A DNA stretch of 63,818 nt, counting the filler. It is 18 parts of 18 records of this genome, joined end to end, with 100 filler letters (N's around TTAATTAATTAA, not from the genome) between each part and the next. Parts side by side here need not be neighbours in the genome. Positions count along the whole stretch, not along the records: positions 1 to 2,554 come from SRR16133337_93480; positions 2,655 to 5,981 come from SRR16133337_93944; positions 6,082 to 8,698 come from SRR16133337_93985; positions 8,799 to 10,839 come from SRR16133337_94194; positions 10,940 to 13,889 come from SRR16133337_94325; 13 more parts are not named here. One strand, written 5' to 3'. Shown here piece by piece: positions 1-12,307 of this stretch. The position numbers and the translations under genes are program-made. The notes below the pieces were generated by a model that was not told the DNA's origin, ran no database searches, and saw only the letters and a program-made list of their open reading frames with translations. The number at the start of each line of letters is the position of its first letter. The first letter of the stretch is position 1.

Positions 1-1470
1 TGTCCTTTTTAAAACCCTTCGCGATACGCCCACCTTAATGGTTAATATCAACATTTTTTCCCTGCAAAGTGTCTTCTTTGAAACAAAGGTTCCCGAATTT
101 ATGTAACGTGTGGTTATGTTTATACACACAGTCAAACAAATGGAACATAAGATTAAAAGATAAGTAAAAAGAAAAATAACATATTACGTTGATTGAAAAA
201 AGAAACGATGGATTTTTGCATAACACGCAGCGTACCGTTGATTTTTCCTAATAACAATTTCATGCTGAAACTTACCGGATAATGCAGCCAATGGGTTGCA
301 TCACCTTGCTTGTGTTCTTCAAAGGCTTTGGTTTTCAGACATTTGGGGGAGTCGCATTTACAATGATGAACGGTCCCTTCCTTCCGTTGGTGAATGGTGG
401 TCGAGCCAACAACTGCCCGAAGAACAACTTCCAAAGACCTAAGAAAAGAGAGGACAACAAAAGTGTTTATGCTAATTTTTCTGTTGTTTCACTTAACGTT
501 GGGCAGTATTTCGGAATATTGTGACGTTCTCAGTCAGAAATGGTTGGAATTGACCAAATGTTTGATGACTAATTCTACAGGAACCATTGAGCGCAAAAAC
601 ACGATTCATATTTCTGTCCGTAGGGGTTGGCCGCCAAATTTCGTATGATTGGTTTTTCATACCAATCAAAAGTGCGGCACTGATCATCGTAAATTTATCC
701 GGCGATCTACTCAAATTTTTTGATGCAGCGCTGTCATGAAAGGCAACCAGTTGTTTGTTTGTTTGTTTGTTTATTCGTTTTTTTGTTTTATTGTTCTTGT
801 TTTTACAATATAATTTTGAATCGACATCCTGTAGAACACCGTAACTCAAAGTTTTAAATTCGGAAATCACTCATGGCGGAAAATCGCAACGCACATGTAA
901 TTGGGTGGACGGACTTTAGGGATACGCTCAATGTTTTCAAAATAGTAGGAAGGGTTGCAACAGAAAATTGTTTAAAATATCCAACATAACCACATGAACT
1001 TTTGGCATGGTTTCACCCATAATTGAGGTACAACGCTATTTGTATTCAAAAAATCTCTAGGCAAGTTTCCTACAGAAAACTGGATTCCATGCGGAAACAC
1101 TCAACGGCCTGCTCGTATTGAGAAGCGAAAATTACAACTCGCAAACAAAATTACCACGTTTGTTCGGTGTAATTTCTGAATATGTCATGGTTTGTTCCCT
1201 ATTGGTCTCCTCAAGTTTGGGTGAAACCTTATAACTATATTTTTGTGGTCATATATTAATCAAACTCTCGAAGTACACAAGACCGGAAATGGTGTGCTAC
1301 GTTGGTTCCATCATTTTATGAGAGTTAAGGAAAGGAGGGAACAGAAAACGATGTCAAAACACCCCCTCCTGCAAAAAGAGAATACCGAGGTAAATAAGAA
1401 ATATCAGCAGGGAAAATTGGAGAACCAGCGAGCAAAAGAATGTAATCCCATAAACGGTCCTACAACTTAC

Positions 1471-2039
1471 GTGGCACGATCAGAGATAAAACTCTCACGA
1501 AGCAATCGGCCTGTGAAATACACGTATTTCAAAAAACAGAGTCCAAAGCTGAAAACATCGTCATCATTAAGCATCCTTTTCAGTCTTGGCAATGTGACGT
1601 TCACCAGATCAACCCAGAGTTCCCACACAAATCCAAGCACAGTCCCGGTTTGGTCGCACAAATATTTTTGGTGATCGTGGCCAGAGTGGTGTTGAGTTAT
1701 TTGAGCTATCATACTGATGCATGGAACGACATATGAGGTGGTATCAAAATCAAAGACCGGTAACTGAGCCAGCAATCCAGCGAAATTCGCAAACACGTCT
1801 TCGAGCGATGACATGGTTGGTGGTTGTTGTTTGTAGAGGAGGAGGAGGTGTCGGCCCCAGTAGTTCCACGATCGAAATCCGCTGCAAATTGCATCATTAA
1901 TATCTTGATTGCGCTCGTACTGAGGAGGCCACCAGTGACCTTGTTTCTGGTCCTCTCTAAAACAAAACATATAGTCTCGGATTAATTGCCAAACTAGAGT
2001 AAACCCGTTCCAAGGATTAGCGTGTGCAAAATTCAAGAT
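1471..2039 (-). CDS. Probable internal exon of a eukaryotic gene, product unknown
   Basis: 189-codon open frame bounded by an acceptor (...gtgtAG|ATC TTG AAT) and a canonical donor (GCC AC|GTAAGT). No family recognised. Confidence 0.4.
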
Positions 2040-2189
2040 CTACACGGTGGGTTGCATATGGCGTGCAAATAGTGGAAGTTTGGATCAAGAAAACTCGTAA
2101 AAAGTCCTTTAATTTACAAAATGTTGCCGAAAAAACCAAGAAAACCTGAGCCATATTTAAGAAAATGTAGGTTACTGGATCCCAATCCT

Positions 2190-2242
2190 TGTATGTCGCG
2201 AACTCCATGGAATCATTGTACGTCGCGAACTCCATGGAATCG
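2190..2242. repeat. 27-bp tandem duplication
   Basis: tgtatgtcgcgaactccatggaatcat followed by tgtacgtcgcgaactccatggaatcg. Confidence 0.85.
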
Positions 2243-2554
2243 AAATATGAGCATTGCTACCCGTGAGCAAAACTGGAAGTATTAAATTTTGGGAATTGAG
2301 AAATTATTTCTTCACAATTTCCGGTTCTTGTGAAATTCGATTTCATCTGAGCTGAGGCTTGCGGTGAATGGATGCCAAATTTAGATGGTAGTGTATTAGC
2401 CTCGCTAGACCCACAAAATTCAAGCCAAAAATTGCCAAAAAGAAACATGGAAAAATTCCCAGTAACCCGTTTACGAAATTGCGTTGTACATCTCGTATCT
2501 ATTTCTCAAACGTATAAAAAGTACGTTGCCGGAACCTCGAAACAACAAATCGAT

Positions 2555-2654
2555 NNNNNNNNNNNNNNNNNNNNNNNNNNNNNNNNNNNNNNNNNNNNTT
2601 AATTAATTAANNNNNNNNNNNNNNNNNNNNNNNNNNNNNNNNNNNNNNNNNNNN
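2555..2654. other. Artificial contig-joining spacer (first of 17)
   Basis: N-run + TTAATTAATTAA (stops in all six frames) + N-run. The same spacer occurs at 5982-6081, 8699-8798, 10840-10939, 13890-13989, 16035-16134, 18410-18509, 21347-21446, 24751-24850, 27270-27369, 29858-29957, 33309-33408, 36368-36467, 41086-41185, 44247-44346, 47705-47804 and 61695-61794. Confidence 0.99.
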
Positions 2655-2695
2655 AATTCCACATTTTTCATTCTTCATTTTTCATTTTTGCCTGC

Positions 2696-3499
2696 CTATA
2701 GCTTAAAGGCTACATTTAGATTTCCTAAATATCCTTTCATAATACCACGGTTTGAATTTTTAATAAACGTTAAAATTTCATCACGTTCTGGAGTTGCTTC
2801 CATTTCCGCTTCAATTTTCTCAGCTGCTTGGGTATTATTATAATTTTTTTGATATAAAATTCTATATATTTCTTGAATTTCTTTTATTTTTTCTGAATTA
2901 AATCCTCTACGTCTCAATCCTATAGAGTTGATTCCAACATAAGAAAGAGGTTCTTTTGCTGCTTTGGTATAAGGAGGCACATCTTTTCGTACCAAAGATC
3001 CTCCTGAAACCATAGCATGTTCCCCAATATGAATAAATTGATGTATGGCAGACAAACCACCTAAGGCGGCGTAATTTCCCACAAGGACATGACCTCCCAA
3101 CAAAACACCATTTACAATAACAACATGATCACCTACTACACAATCGTGAGCGATATGAGAAGTGGCCATAATCAAACAATTACTTCCTATCTGAGTTTTC
3201 CCTGAGGCATTTGTACCCCTACTGATGGTTACACACTCTCTAATCGTTGTATCATCCCCAATAATGGCCAAAGACTCTTCTCCGTCAAATTTTAAGTCTT
3301 GAGGAATTGCAGAAATTACTGCCCCAGAAAAAATACGACAATTATTTCCAATACGTGCACCTTCCATGATAGAAACATTAGATCCAATCCAAGTACCGGA
3401 ACCAATAATTACATTTTTATGAATCGTCGTAAAAGGCTCAATAACTACATTTCTAGCTATTTTAGCTTCTGGATGTATATAGGCTAAAGGTTGATTCAT
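2696..3499 (-). CDS. lpxA: UDP-N-acetylglucosamine O-acyltransferase
   Basis: Hexapeptide repeats; PQDLKF, HIAHDC and GINSIGLRRRGF motifs; Bacteroidota-type MNQPLAYIHP start; follows lpxC/fabZ. Confidence 0.97.
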   Translation of the reverse strand: MNQPLAYIHPEAKIARNVVIEPFTTIHKNVIIGSGTWIGSNVSIMEGARIGNNCRIFSGAVISAIPQDLKFDGEESLAIIGDDTTIRECVTISRGTNASGKTQIGSNCLIMATSHIAHDCVVGDHVVIVNGVLLGGHVLVGNYAALGGLSAIHQFIHIGEHAMVSGGSLVRKDVPPYTKAAKEPLSYVGINSIGLRRRGFNSEKIKEIQEIYRILYQKNYNNTQAAEKIEAEMEATPERDEILTFIKNSNRGIMKGYLGNLNVAFKL

Positions 3500-3500
3500 C

Positions 3501-4892
3501 TTATTTCTTTTTTGCTATTTGTGCCATTAATACTGCCTCCACTACTAATTTATTATTAGCATATCCGTAAGCTTGCATATGACAAATACCTCTTCTTATC
3601 GGTGTAATTAATTCTGCTTTAAATATCAAAGTATCTCCTGGCAATACTTTTTGTTTGAATTTTACATTGTCTATTTTCATAAAAAAGGTCAAATAATTTT
3701 CTGGATCAGGCACCGTACTCAATACAAAAACACCTCCACATTGTGCCATTGCTTCCACTTGTAATACCCCTGGCATTACGGGTGCTTCTGGGAAATGACC
3801 TACAAAAAAAGGCTCGTTCATAGACACATTTTTCATCCCTACAACATAGGTAGGAGACAACTCTAAAATCCTGTCAATCAATAAGAAAGGAGGTCTATGT
3901 GGTAAAATCTCCATAATTTTATAAATATCCATCAACGGAGGTTGATTCAAATCATACTGTGGTACGTTGTTTCTTTTTTCTTGTTTGATAATATTTGCTA
4001 GTTTTTTCGCAAATTTTGTATTGATTGAATGTCCTGGTTTGTTTGCGATTACTTTTCCTCTAATACGAGTACCTACCAAAGCCAAATCACCAATTACATC
4101 CAACAACTTATGTCTAGCAGCCTCGTTTACCCAATACAAATTTAGATTGTCTAAAATTCCATTTGTTTTCACAGAAACTTTATCTCTTCCAAATGCCTTT
4201 TTTAACTTAGACATGGTTTCTTCAGAGATTTCCTTATCTACATATACAATAGCATTGTTTAAATCTCCTCCTTTGACTAGATTGTTATCTAACAACATTT
4301 CCAATTCATGTAGAAAACTAAAAGTCCTCGCATTTGCTATTTCTGATTTAAAATCGGACAAGGTATTTAAGTTTGCGTTTTGAGTCCCTAAAATTTGCGT
4401 ACCAAAATCTACCAGAGTTGTTATTTGGAATTCATCGGAAGGCATAATTATAATTTCACTACCTGTAGCTTCTTCTTTATAGCTAATTACTTCTTTAACA
4501 ATATATTCCTCAATAGGGACTTCTTGATCAACAATTTCTGCATTTTCCAAAGCTTCCACAAAATACTTGGAAGACCCGTCCATTATTGGAGGTTCTGGAG
4601 CATCTATTTCAATAATAAGGTTGGTAATTCCCAAACCCACTACAGCCGCTAACACATGTTCTGAAGTATGAATCCTTACCCCATTTTTTTCAAGATTTGT
4701 CCCACGTTGAGTATCCACAACATACTCTACTCTAGGTTCAATGGTAGGTTTTCCTTCCAAATCAACTCTAACAAAAGCATAGCCATGATTTACGACAGCG
4801 GGTTTGAATGTTAAAATAACTTCTTTTCCCGTGTGTAATCCAATTCCTTGAAGCGTTATTTCATTTTTTATGGTCTTTTGATTCTCTTGCAT
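3501..4892 (-). CDS. lpxC: Bifunctional LpxC deacetylase / FabZ dehydratase
   Basis: LpxC motifs GIGLHTG, EHVLAA and HKLLDVIGD fused to FabZ motifs LPHRPPFLLIDR and GHFPEAPVMPGVL, the usual Bacteroidota fusion. Confidence 0.97.
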   Translation of the reverse strand: MQENQKTIKNEITLQGIGLHTGKEVILTFKPAVVNHGYAFVRVDLEGKPTIEPRVEYVVDTQRGTNLEKNGVRIHTSEHVLAAVVGLGITNLIIEIDAPEPPIMDGSSKYFVEALENAEIVDQEVPIEEYIVKEVISYKEEATGSEIIIMPSDEFQITTLVDFGTQILGTQNANLNTLSDFKSEIANARTFSFLHELEMLLDNNLVKGGDLNNAIVYVDKEISEETMSKLKKAFGRDKVSVKTNGILDNLNLYWVNEAARHKLLDVIGDLALVGTRIRGKVIANKPGHSINTKFAKKLANIIKQEKRNNVPQYDLNQPPLMDIYKIMEILPHRPPFLLIDRILELSPTYVVGMKNVSMNEPFFVGHFPEAPVMPGVLQVEAMAQCGGVFVLSTVPDPENYLTFFMKIDNVKFKQKVLPGDTLIFKAELITPIRRGICHMQAYGYANNKLVVEAVLMAQIAKKK

Positions 4893-4893
4893 T

Positions 4894-5928
4894 TTATTCT
4901 ACTTTTAATGCCTTAATTTCTTTTTCTAATTGTAAAATTTTACGAGCATACTCTGGTAAACTTTTAAAAATAGCATAGGATTTACTGTACTTATCCTTTG
5001 TAAAAGCTGGAGCTCCCATAATGATGCCATTATCTTTGATGTCTTTACCAACACCTGATTTTCCTGCAATTTTTACATGGTTTCCTATTTTCAAATGCCC
5101 CGAAATTCCCACTTGACCTCCAATCATACAATTTTCTCCAATTTTAGTTGACCCCGCAATAGCAGAGTGTCCCGCAATTACAGTATTCATACCCACTTCA
5201 ACATTATGAGCTATTTGTATCAGGTTATCTAACTTTACCCCTTCTCTAATAATTGTGGATCCCAAAGTAGCTCTATCAATAGTTGTATTGGCACCAATAT
5301 CAACATGGTCTTCAATAACAACATTCCCTATTTGAGGAATGGTTGTATAAGTACCTTTTTCGTCAGGTGCAAATCCAAATCCATCTCCCCCAATCACAAC
5401 GCCTGCATGAATTTTACAATGCTTTCCAATAACGGTTTCAGAATAAACTTTAACTCCAGAAAACAGGGTGGTTTCTTCACCTATAATAGTATTGTCTCCT
5501 ATATAACAGTTTGGATAAATCTTTACATTATCTGCAATTTTTACATGGTTTCCAATATAAGAAAAAGCACCTAAATATAGATTGCTTCCTAAAGTAACGG
5601 AATTGCTTATAAAATGTGGATTTTCTTTTCCGCGTTTGTTATTTTTTGCTTTATCGTAAAAAGACAACAGTGTTGCAAATGCTTTATAAGCATCTCCTAC
5701 CCTTATCAAAGTAGTGGATATTTCCTTTTCAGGAACAAAATTTTTATTGATAATTACAATGGATGCATGGGTTGAATAAATGAAGGGGACATACTTTTCA
5801 TTGGATAAAAAAGTTAACGATCCAGATTCTCCTTCTTCAATTTTTGAAAGCTTCGATACTTCCTCATTAGGATTTCCTTCGATTTCGCCATCTAGTAATT
5901 CTGCTATTTGTATTGCTGTAAATTTCAT
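4894..5928 (-). CDS. lpxD: UDP-3-O-(3-hydroxymyristoyl)glucosamine N-acyltransferase
   Basis: DGFGFAP, IGANTTIDRA and KLDNLIQIAHNV motifs. Start placed at ATG 5928 (MKFTAIQIA), because the longer track start lies inside a TACTTTTG promoter box. Confidence 0.96.
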   Translation of the reverse strand: MKFTAIQIAELLDGEIEGNPNEEVSKLSKIEEGESGSLTFLSNEKYVPFIYSTHASIVIINKNFVPEKEISTTLIRVGDAYKAFATLLSFYDKAKNNKRGKENPHFISNSVTLGSNLYLGAFSYIGNHVKIADNVKIYPNCYIGDNTIIGEETTLFSGVKVYSETVIGKHCKIHAGVVIGGDGFGFAPDEKGTYTTIPQIGNVVIEDHVDIGANTTIDRATLGSTIIREGVKLDNLIQIAHNVEVGMNTVIAGHSAIAGSTKIGENCMIGGQVGISGHLKIGNHVKIAGKSGVGKDIKDNGIIMGAPAFTKDKYSKSYAIFKSLPEYARKILQLEKEIKALKVE

Positions 5929-5953
5929 CACCTGCAAAAGTATAAAATTTTTA

Positions 5954-5980
5954 TATACTCCACCCCCTTAGAAACCCGAA
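5954..5980 (+). repeat. Dispersed bacterial repeat copy (TATACTCC...TTAGAAAC family)
   Basis: TATACTCCACCCCCTTAGAAACCCGAA at the contig end, similar to the copies at 25711, 41030, 44103, 46592/46623 and 61403. Confidence 0.8.
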
Positions 5981-6904
5981 ANNNNNNNNNNNNNNNNNNN
6001 NNNNNNNNNNNNNNNNNNNNNNNNNTTAATTAATTAANNNNNNNNNNNNNNNNNNNNNNNNNNNNNNNNNNNNNNNNNNNNAAAAATGTGATACATGTTT
6101 TCCTTTGTACCACCAAAAACTAAATCAAACAAGTTCGTGAATAAATAACGTTTATCACGATAAATTAAAGCACCTATTTTTTTGGTGTTGTTTTTTGAAA
6201 AAAATGTTTTGAGTCACACGGAAATTATTTGAGCACCTGCAAATATCTGGAAAAAAACATTGTTTTATGTCGTCAGATTCCACAATTACTTTATGCCATC
6301 ACCCAAATAATTTACGCCGCTCTGTATGTCTACAGTATCGTAGACAAATAATGACTCAGTTGCAGAACCGTCCATTTTCTCTGTGTTGTGGCTATGATTC
6401 AACAAATTTTTAGTACGTGCTGATGACAAGTATTTGGAACCTAAAAATGAAAACAGTTTTCACAAATTCGTTTTTCACAATAAAAAACTTCAATATTGTT
6501 AATTTTTACAAGTTTTATTTTGAGTCATTGTACTTCACACCACAAAAGAAAATTTGTACGTCGATTTCTGAAAATCCACCGTGCCATTGTGGAGAAATCT
6601 TGAATTTTGTGTTTTATTCCTGAAAACAGATCATTTTAATCCCACTGATTGAAACAACGGTCCATGAAAATACAATTTAATGCCAAAAAGACAGGATAAC
6701 TCACCAAAAGGAAACTTCTCTCATTGTTTCGGATTTCGTTCGATAATGACCCAGAAGTTTAATGAGCACACAGAAAGAAGGCATTAGTTTTACATGACTA
6801 CCCAAAAAAGTGTGTGAGCCATTAATTGCCCATAGCAGTTCCGGGCGCTTTGAAGATATCAATTTATTATAACAGCTGTTGTTTTTGCAAATGTTTTACT
6901 TTAG

Positions 6905-7128
6905 ATAGGACTGCATTTGGCAACGAGAATTATGGAGACGAGCTTTTGATGTTCTACTTCAATCTCGATTATCTTGGAATTAATTTGGGAAATATTCCGA
7001 AGTTGATTAAGAAAAAAGAAAAAGAAATCATTAAATCGAGCCTTTTCCCTAAACTCATCAATCTTCCATCACTTCCACAATTCGTTAGGGATTGGATCGT
7101 TGACATGGCAAAACGTCATGTTACATGA
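6905..7128 (+). CDS. Terminal exon of a probable eukaryotic BTB/POZ protein (upstream paralog)
   Basis: Acceptor ttttacttTAG| in phase 1. ELLMFYFNLDYLGI resembles the last BTB helix (ELLxAADYLxI). Ends at TGA 7126-7128. Confidence 0.45.
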
Positions 7129-7783
7129 TATGAAAAATGAAAATCGACAAGACACTCATAATTGAAAATGACATTTTTATTTCACTAAGATTTTGTCTTA
7201 CAGCATTCTCACACAGTCAAGTGTACAATAGATGATTGTAAATTCGCCATAAAACGTGTTGTAAATATTATATTCATAAAACCACGTCACACGTTTACCC
7301 TTTGATATATTTTCTGTTTAGATAAGTGTATAAGCGGTCAGTTTTTGTTCGTACCACACCGAAAAGTGTAACTTTATTGCCGGTTGCAAATAGTAATGAG
7401 TACATTTTGTTCTCCAAACACAGTCGATTAAGAGATCTCTGACATTTTACCACATCTAAAATTATTAGGTATGTTTTGTTGTAAAAAAATTACAAATTGT
7501 CCTCAAATGTGTGTGTTGTGTGTTATTTCATTGTAAAAACACATTTGTATCGTCGCTTGTAGGCAAAATTGCCTGTGAACTTTATTCATATAACGCACTA
7601 TTGCTTTCAAAACTGCGCCAACGATGTGTATGATCCAAGGATAAATTAAATACTTTTTATGATGCTCAAAATTCCAAACTAAAATCCTTAACCCTTACCC
7701 AATAAAAAAAATTGCCAAAACTTGACGCCAAAAATTCGCCAATCCGTCCGCGGCAAAGAGGAATCCGTCGTGTGTACAACAGA

Positions 7784-8045
7784 ATGGTGGACTCCGAGCA
7801 GAGTGGCAATTTTCCGATGGGCGATATTCAAAAACTGTTGCAGCGGATTGAAATTTGCAAGAAAATAAAAGTTGGCGAAGCAGAATATTTCATTCCTGAA
7901 AACCTTGCAACTGAAAAAAGCACATTCTTCAAAGGAATGTTTTCTGGAGCTTTTGCGGAAGGAATTGGAAACAACGAAGAACCAGTTGAAGTTCACATTC
8001 CATATCCAGAAGCTTTTCAGTACGCATACAGAAGAATGTTGTTTG
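7784..8045 (+). CDS. First exon of a eukaryotic BTB/POZ-domain protein
   Basis: KIKVGEAEYFIPENLATEKSTFFKGMFSGAFAEG...EVHIPYPEAFQ matches the BTB core (S.YF.AMF.G.F.E). Phase-1 donor TTT G|GTATGT at 8046. Confidence 0.7.
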
Positions 8046-10222
8046 GTATGTCCCTTTGGAACATTTCTTGTAAGTTTATCATAAGAATTAACATGAAGTG
8101 TAAAAATATGTGTAGTATGTATCAATACATATCCTCCACTCCACCGCTTCAATAAAACCCCACCCCTTCGAAAAAACGAAAAGTTCCTCAAGTAAGAACA
8201 CACACCATAGACCAAAAAACCACCTACATTTTTCAAAATTTGAAAAATTGAGATTTTCCAGTTTTCAGCAACAGCAATTGTCACATTGTTTTTAAAAAAA
8301 AAGCGAATTTTTTAATATTATGTTTCATGATGAATAATGTGTGAATTTTTGCATACGTTTCATCACTTTTCATGACAAATCATGCGAAATTAGTAAAAAA
8401 TGTGAATTTTCGCGAAAAAGAGCTTAAGGTGAAATTTTTCGTCAAATGAACGACGATCTCCACACCCTTGAAGTTTGAAAAATTAAAAGTGGAAGTGGAA
8501 TTGGGAAGGATTACTTCAGAAACTACTTGGATGTGTGATTCATTTTGTCCTCGATTTTGCTACTTTTATTATTTCTGTGGACGCAGTTATGTTTTTTAAA
8601 AGCCCGAAGAAATGATCGACGTAAAAGTTTTGTTTTTGATGGGGAAAATTTCAATGGAATCCGTTTGCTTGTGGTATGTTTCAGTGGCTCAAAATAAANN
8701 NNNNNNNNNNNNNNNNNNNNNNNNNNNNNNNNNNNNNNNNNNTTAATTAATTAANNNNNNNNNNNNNNNNNNNNNNNNNNNNNNNNNNNNNNNNNNNNAT
8801 TTCTTATAGGTGAGAGTTTACTGTAGTCTAATTCTTTAAACGTTATAAATATTTTTCTTCCAATTGTAACCTTACTTACTGGATTAAAGCAGTTTGAAAC
8901 ACGTGATAACATTTCATAGAACCTCCACCACAACACCACTTCCTTCCATTTAAGAATTGAAAAAACACACGAATTTTAATCTTCACGAAAGTTGCCATAC
9001 ATTCAATTTTTTGGATACATTTTCCATGAAAAGGGCGACTTTTACAAACCAACACCCCCAGAAGTGGAAAATATGTGAGTAAGACATGAAATCTAAGTCC
9101 CACGCCCTCCCAAGACACGTATCCATACATATCGTATTAATAAATAACCCCCATCTGTCACACTCCTTTCACGTACTTTTTTTTTCAAAAACTGACGAGT
9201 GCAAAGCGGTGGGGTGATCTCGGAAAAAATACAATGACAAATAATTTCTCTTTGAAATGTGAAAAAAACCGAAATTTTCACAAATGAAACTTTGGTGTGA
9301 AAAACTTTCCTCCAGTTCTTTTTGTTTACAATAATTCATGAAAAATATGAAACTCGATTCACATCTGCCAAAAAATGATAGAAATATGTTGTTTGGCTTC
9401 AAAAAAAGTCAGAAACGCCAACCAATTTTTACTAATTTTCAAAAAAAATGTGAAATTCAAATAAAAGAAGACTAATTGCCAAAACTACCCGCCAGATTTA
9501 AATGTGAAATATCGGCTGCATGAAAACTTATATGATAATTTGAATTTTGTTGTTACTCTGCCTTTCACAGGGGTGAAAATCACCAACTTTCTAGAAAAAG
9601 TACATCTTGTTTTGCAAATTTTCATTTGAAACAGTGGAACCAAAAACCGTTGTTGCAAAAATAGAATTTCACGTTTTTGACAACTAGCGCAAAATGCGGC
9701 CATTCACGGCCATAAAGCGGTCCGAAAAATCATGCATGAACAGTTCTTTCACTTAAAATTCACAAAATAAAAAAAGACAAAAACATGCGAAAATTCGTTC
9801 TCTGGTAATACAAGGGTGTTTCAAAGAAAAATCAAGTGTCTCTGAACTTCTATTTTTGGGTTTTCTCCAATTCCATGAAATTTTGATGCATTTTCACGTC
9901 GACAAGAACAAGTCCCTTTGTGGATTCTCGATCGCACCAATCTCAATTTGGCGCCTCACGCGGCGAGTTTTCAATATTTTTCACGAGTTTTCAACGTTTC
10001 AACTCAAATTTTGCCACTGCACAACATGCATTTTCCAACGCGCACTTTTCTGTCAAATTCCGAAAATGCACGCAAAAACTCCTGGTGAAACAAGCACAGC
10101 CCCTTTTCTCATTGTACACAATCATGGCGAGTGAATGCATCTTTCGGGAATTTTTTTTCATGGGTTTGTGACAATTTTTCTTCTAAATTTTGAGCTATTT
10201 CTATTCTAATCCGTCTGCTTAC

Positions 10223-10377
10223 ATGTTTTGATTGTCGAGAGGAGCGTATGAAGGCTGTGACCCTTCAAAACAAACAGGAATGGCGACCTCGCGCTCCAAG
10301 ACAGCTCCTCGTTCCCCGACTGGTGGAATGCTTGCTTGAAATCTCTTGCCCACTCGTATTATCCCTTTGCTATCCAT
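10223..10377 (-). CDS. First exon of a eukaryotic ELM2-domain protein
   Basis: MDSKGIIRVGKRFQASIPP carries the ELM2 signature IRVGxx(Y/F)QAxIP. Donor AAC AT|GTAAGC. Too short for the ORF track. Confidence 0.65.
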
Positions 10378-10503
10378 TGCAGAGCTATTGCAGAATGGAG
10401 TTGGTGTGGTGTGTTCCCTCTCGAGAAAAATGAAAAAAGAATGAGCAAATATAATTGCGGAATGGTGTTGAATTGTTCAGTGAAAAATAAAACCGACATT
10501 GTT

Positions 10504-10529
10504 TTTAGGGTTTCCTAGGTTTAGGGTTT
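10504..10529 (-). promoter_or_regulatory. Two telo-box-like AAACCCTAAA motifs upstream of the ELM2 gene
   Basis: TTTAGGGTTT on + at 10504-10513 and 10520-10529, about 130-150 nt 5' of the ATG at 10377. Confidence 0.35.
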
Positions 10530-11712
10530 CTTCAACGCTCTTGGCGCGGGGTTTGAAAAGTTGCCCAAGTTTTTTGCCCGTTTTTAGTGAAAGGCTGTGT
10601 GAATGAGTTTTGGAGACTTCGAAAATGCACTTTTCATTTGAAATGGATTCTGGTGTGAAATTTCAGGCTTTTGTGAAAAGTATTGTTCGTTTTTCGTCGT
10701 TGTCATAATATAATCAGGTCATTTTTTTACGACACGTTAAAAATGTTTGGCGAAATTCCCTTTGTGAACAAAATATGAAGAACACGTCGCATAAAAACAA
10801 GCCTCCGCTTTTGCGAAAAACAAAATTGTGAAAACTTTCNNNNNNNNNNNNNNNNNNNNNNNNNNNNNNNNNNNNNNNNNNNNTTAATTAATTAANNNNN
10901 NNNNNNNNNNNNNNNNNNNNNNNNNNNNNNNNNNNNNNNTATTCATTGATATACCGTGTATGATGTTTCGCTTGTGAAAAAATCACAAACTCAAAACAAT
11001 TTTCATAATTGTCTAAATACATTCACGTTTAATGAAAATGAAATTAGAGTCACGTGAAAAATGTGAAAAATGCACCCGAAATGTTGAAATTGAAAGAGAA
11101 AGTGAGTGGTGGTTGGGCGGATGTTATTGAAGAGGTGTGTGATGGTAAGGTTATTCATTAATATGACATGTGCGTGTATATTATTTCCCATTTCGAAAGT
11201 ACGTGCTTGTGGGTTATGAATGAGTGGTAGATAAGATACAGCTTGTAGTTTTTGAAATATGTTTACGTTTCGTCCTCTCGTGCACACACCAATTTGTATT
11301 TATTTTATTTGATCACTAATTTCCATGATTCAAAACACAAAATCACAAAAAAGGAACCATCTTTATTTCCATGACACAAAATAGAACTCACTGACGATAA
11401 AAACACGTACACAAAGTACACAAAAAGATTGGTGCACTTTTGAAAGTATATTTGGAGAAACACAATTTTTTTAGGATTCTTTTAAAAAAAATAGTGCTCA
11501 CATTTTTTCGCTAGAAAAGTTTAGAAAAAAAATGTTTTTTGAACCATAACGAAACTCAATAGTCAAACCAAATAACAACTTGAAACCTTTTCTCCCCCTT
11601 TCAACAACAAGAAACAAAATGAGTGAAAAAGAAATTTTCACAACATTTTCAACCGCATCCGAAAAATGTCTAATATGTCTGGGTGACGAAAAAAAGTGAA
11701 AAATGGACGAAC

Positions 11713-11969
11713 CTTCTGAATATTCTTTTTCTGGTGCCTTGTACGCTTCCTTCTCGGGCTTGTGCTCATTGTACACGTCCGGCTGAGCTGCGTATTCCTC
11801 ATCTTTTGGTGGGCTATAAGGAGCATCAGGCTGATTATACGCTGCCAGACAAACTTGGAGACATAGGAGCAAGAGAGGTAACTAAACACCGGAATAAAAA
11901 AAAATGAAAAAAGACGTTAGAGAAAAAGCTGGGAAAGTGGCAAGAAGGAGAGGACACGCCACTCACCAT
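11713..11969 (-). CDS. Spliced eukaryotic secreted Tyr/Pro/Glu/Lys-rich protein (first two exons)
   Basis: ATG-only exon 11969-11967 |GTGAGT...tttAG| exon 11881-11713 |GTTCGT. Product M-LPLLLLCLQVCLA-AYNQPDAPYSPPKDEEYAAQPDVYNEHKPEKEAYKAPEKEYSE has a signal-peptide-like N-terminus. Confidence 0.7.
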
Positions 11970-12307
11970 TAAAAACAGTTCCGTGCGTAACTAGAGAACG
12001 CGAAAAAAGGAATCAAAAAGACCCTTCAGTTACAGGGAGAAAGAAGCTTTGTGTCGTTTAAGTAAAAGCTGAAGTAGAGAAATTATTTAACACATTGACC
12101 ACAAAAAGTGCGAAAATTCACATGTTTTTCATTGCAAACAATGTGAATTTTGTGAAAAAGAACCGTGAATAGTACTTTTAACGGTTTACGTTTCGAGACT
12201 TCACTTTTGCTTGTTGACTGTACGACCTTCAATTTTCCCCCAACAAACTCCCAATTTTCTTCTCTTAGGGTCAACGAGGCTGCTATTCCGTCTCAACAGC
12301 GAAAAAA

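Noticed and set aside
2662-2690. 7-bp TTTTTCA/TTCTTCA repeats after lpxA (also near 33420-33440)
   Set aside because: Short low-complexity intergenic repeats at contig ends, with too little sequence to assign a function.
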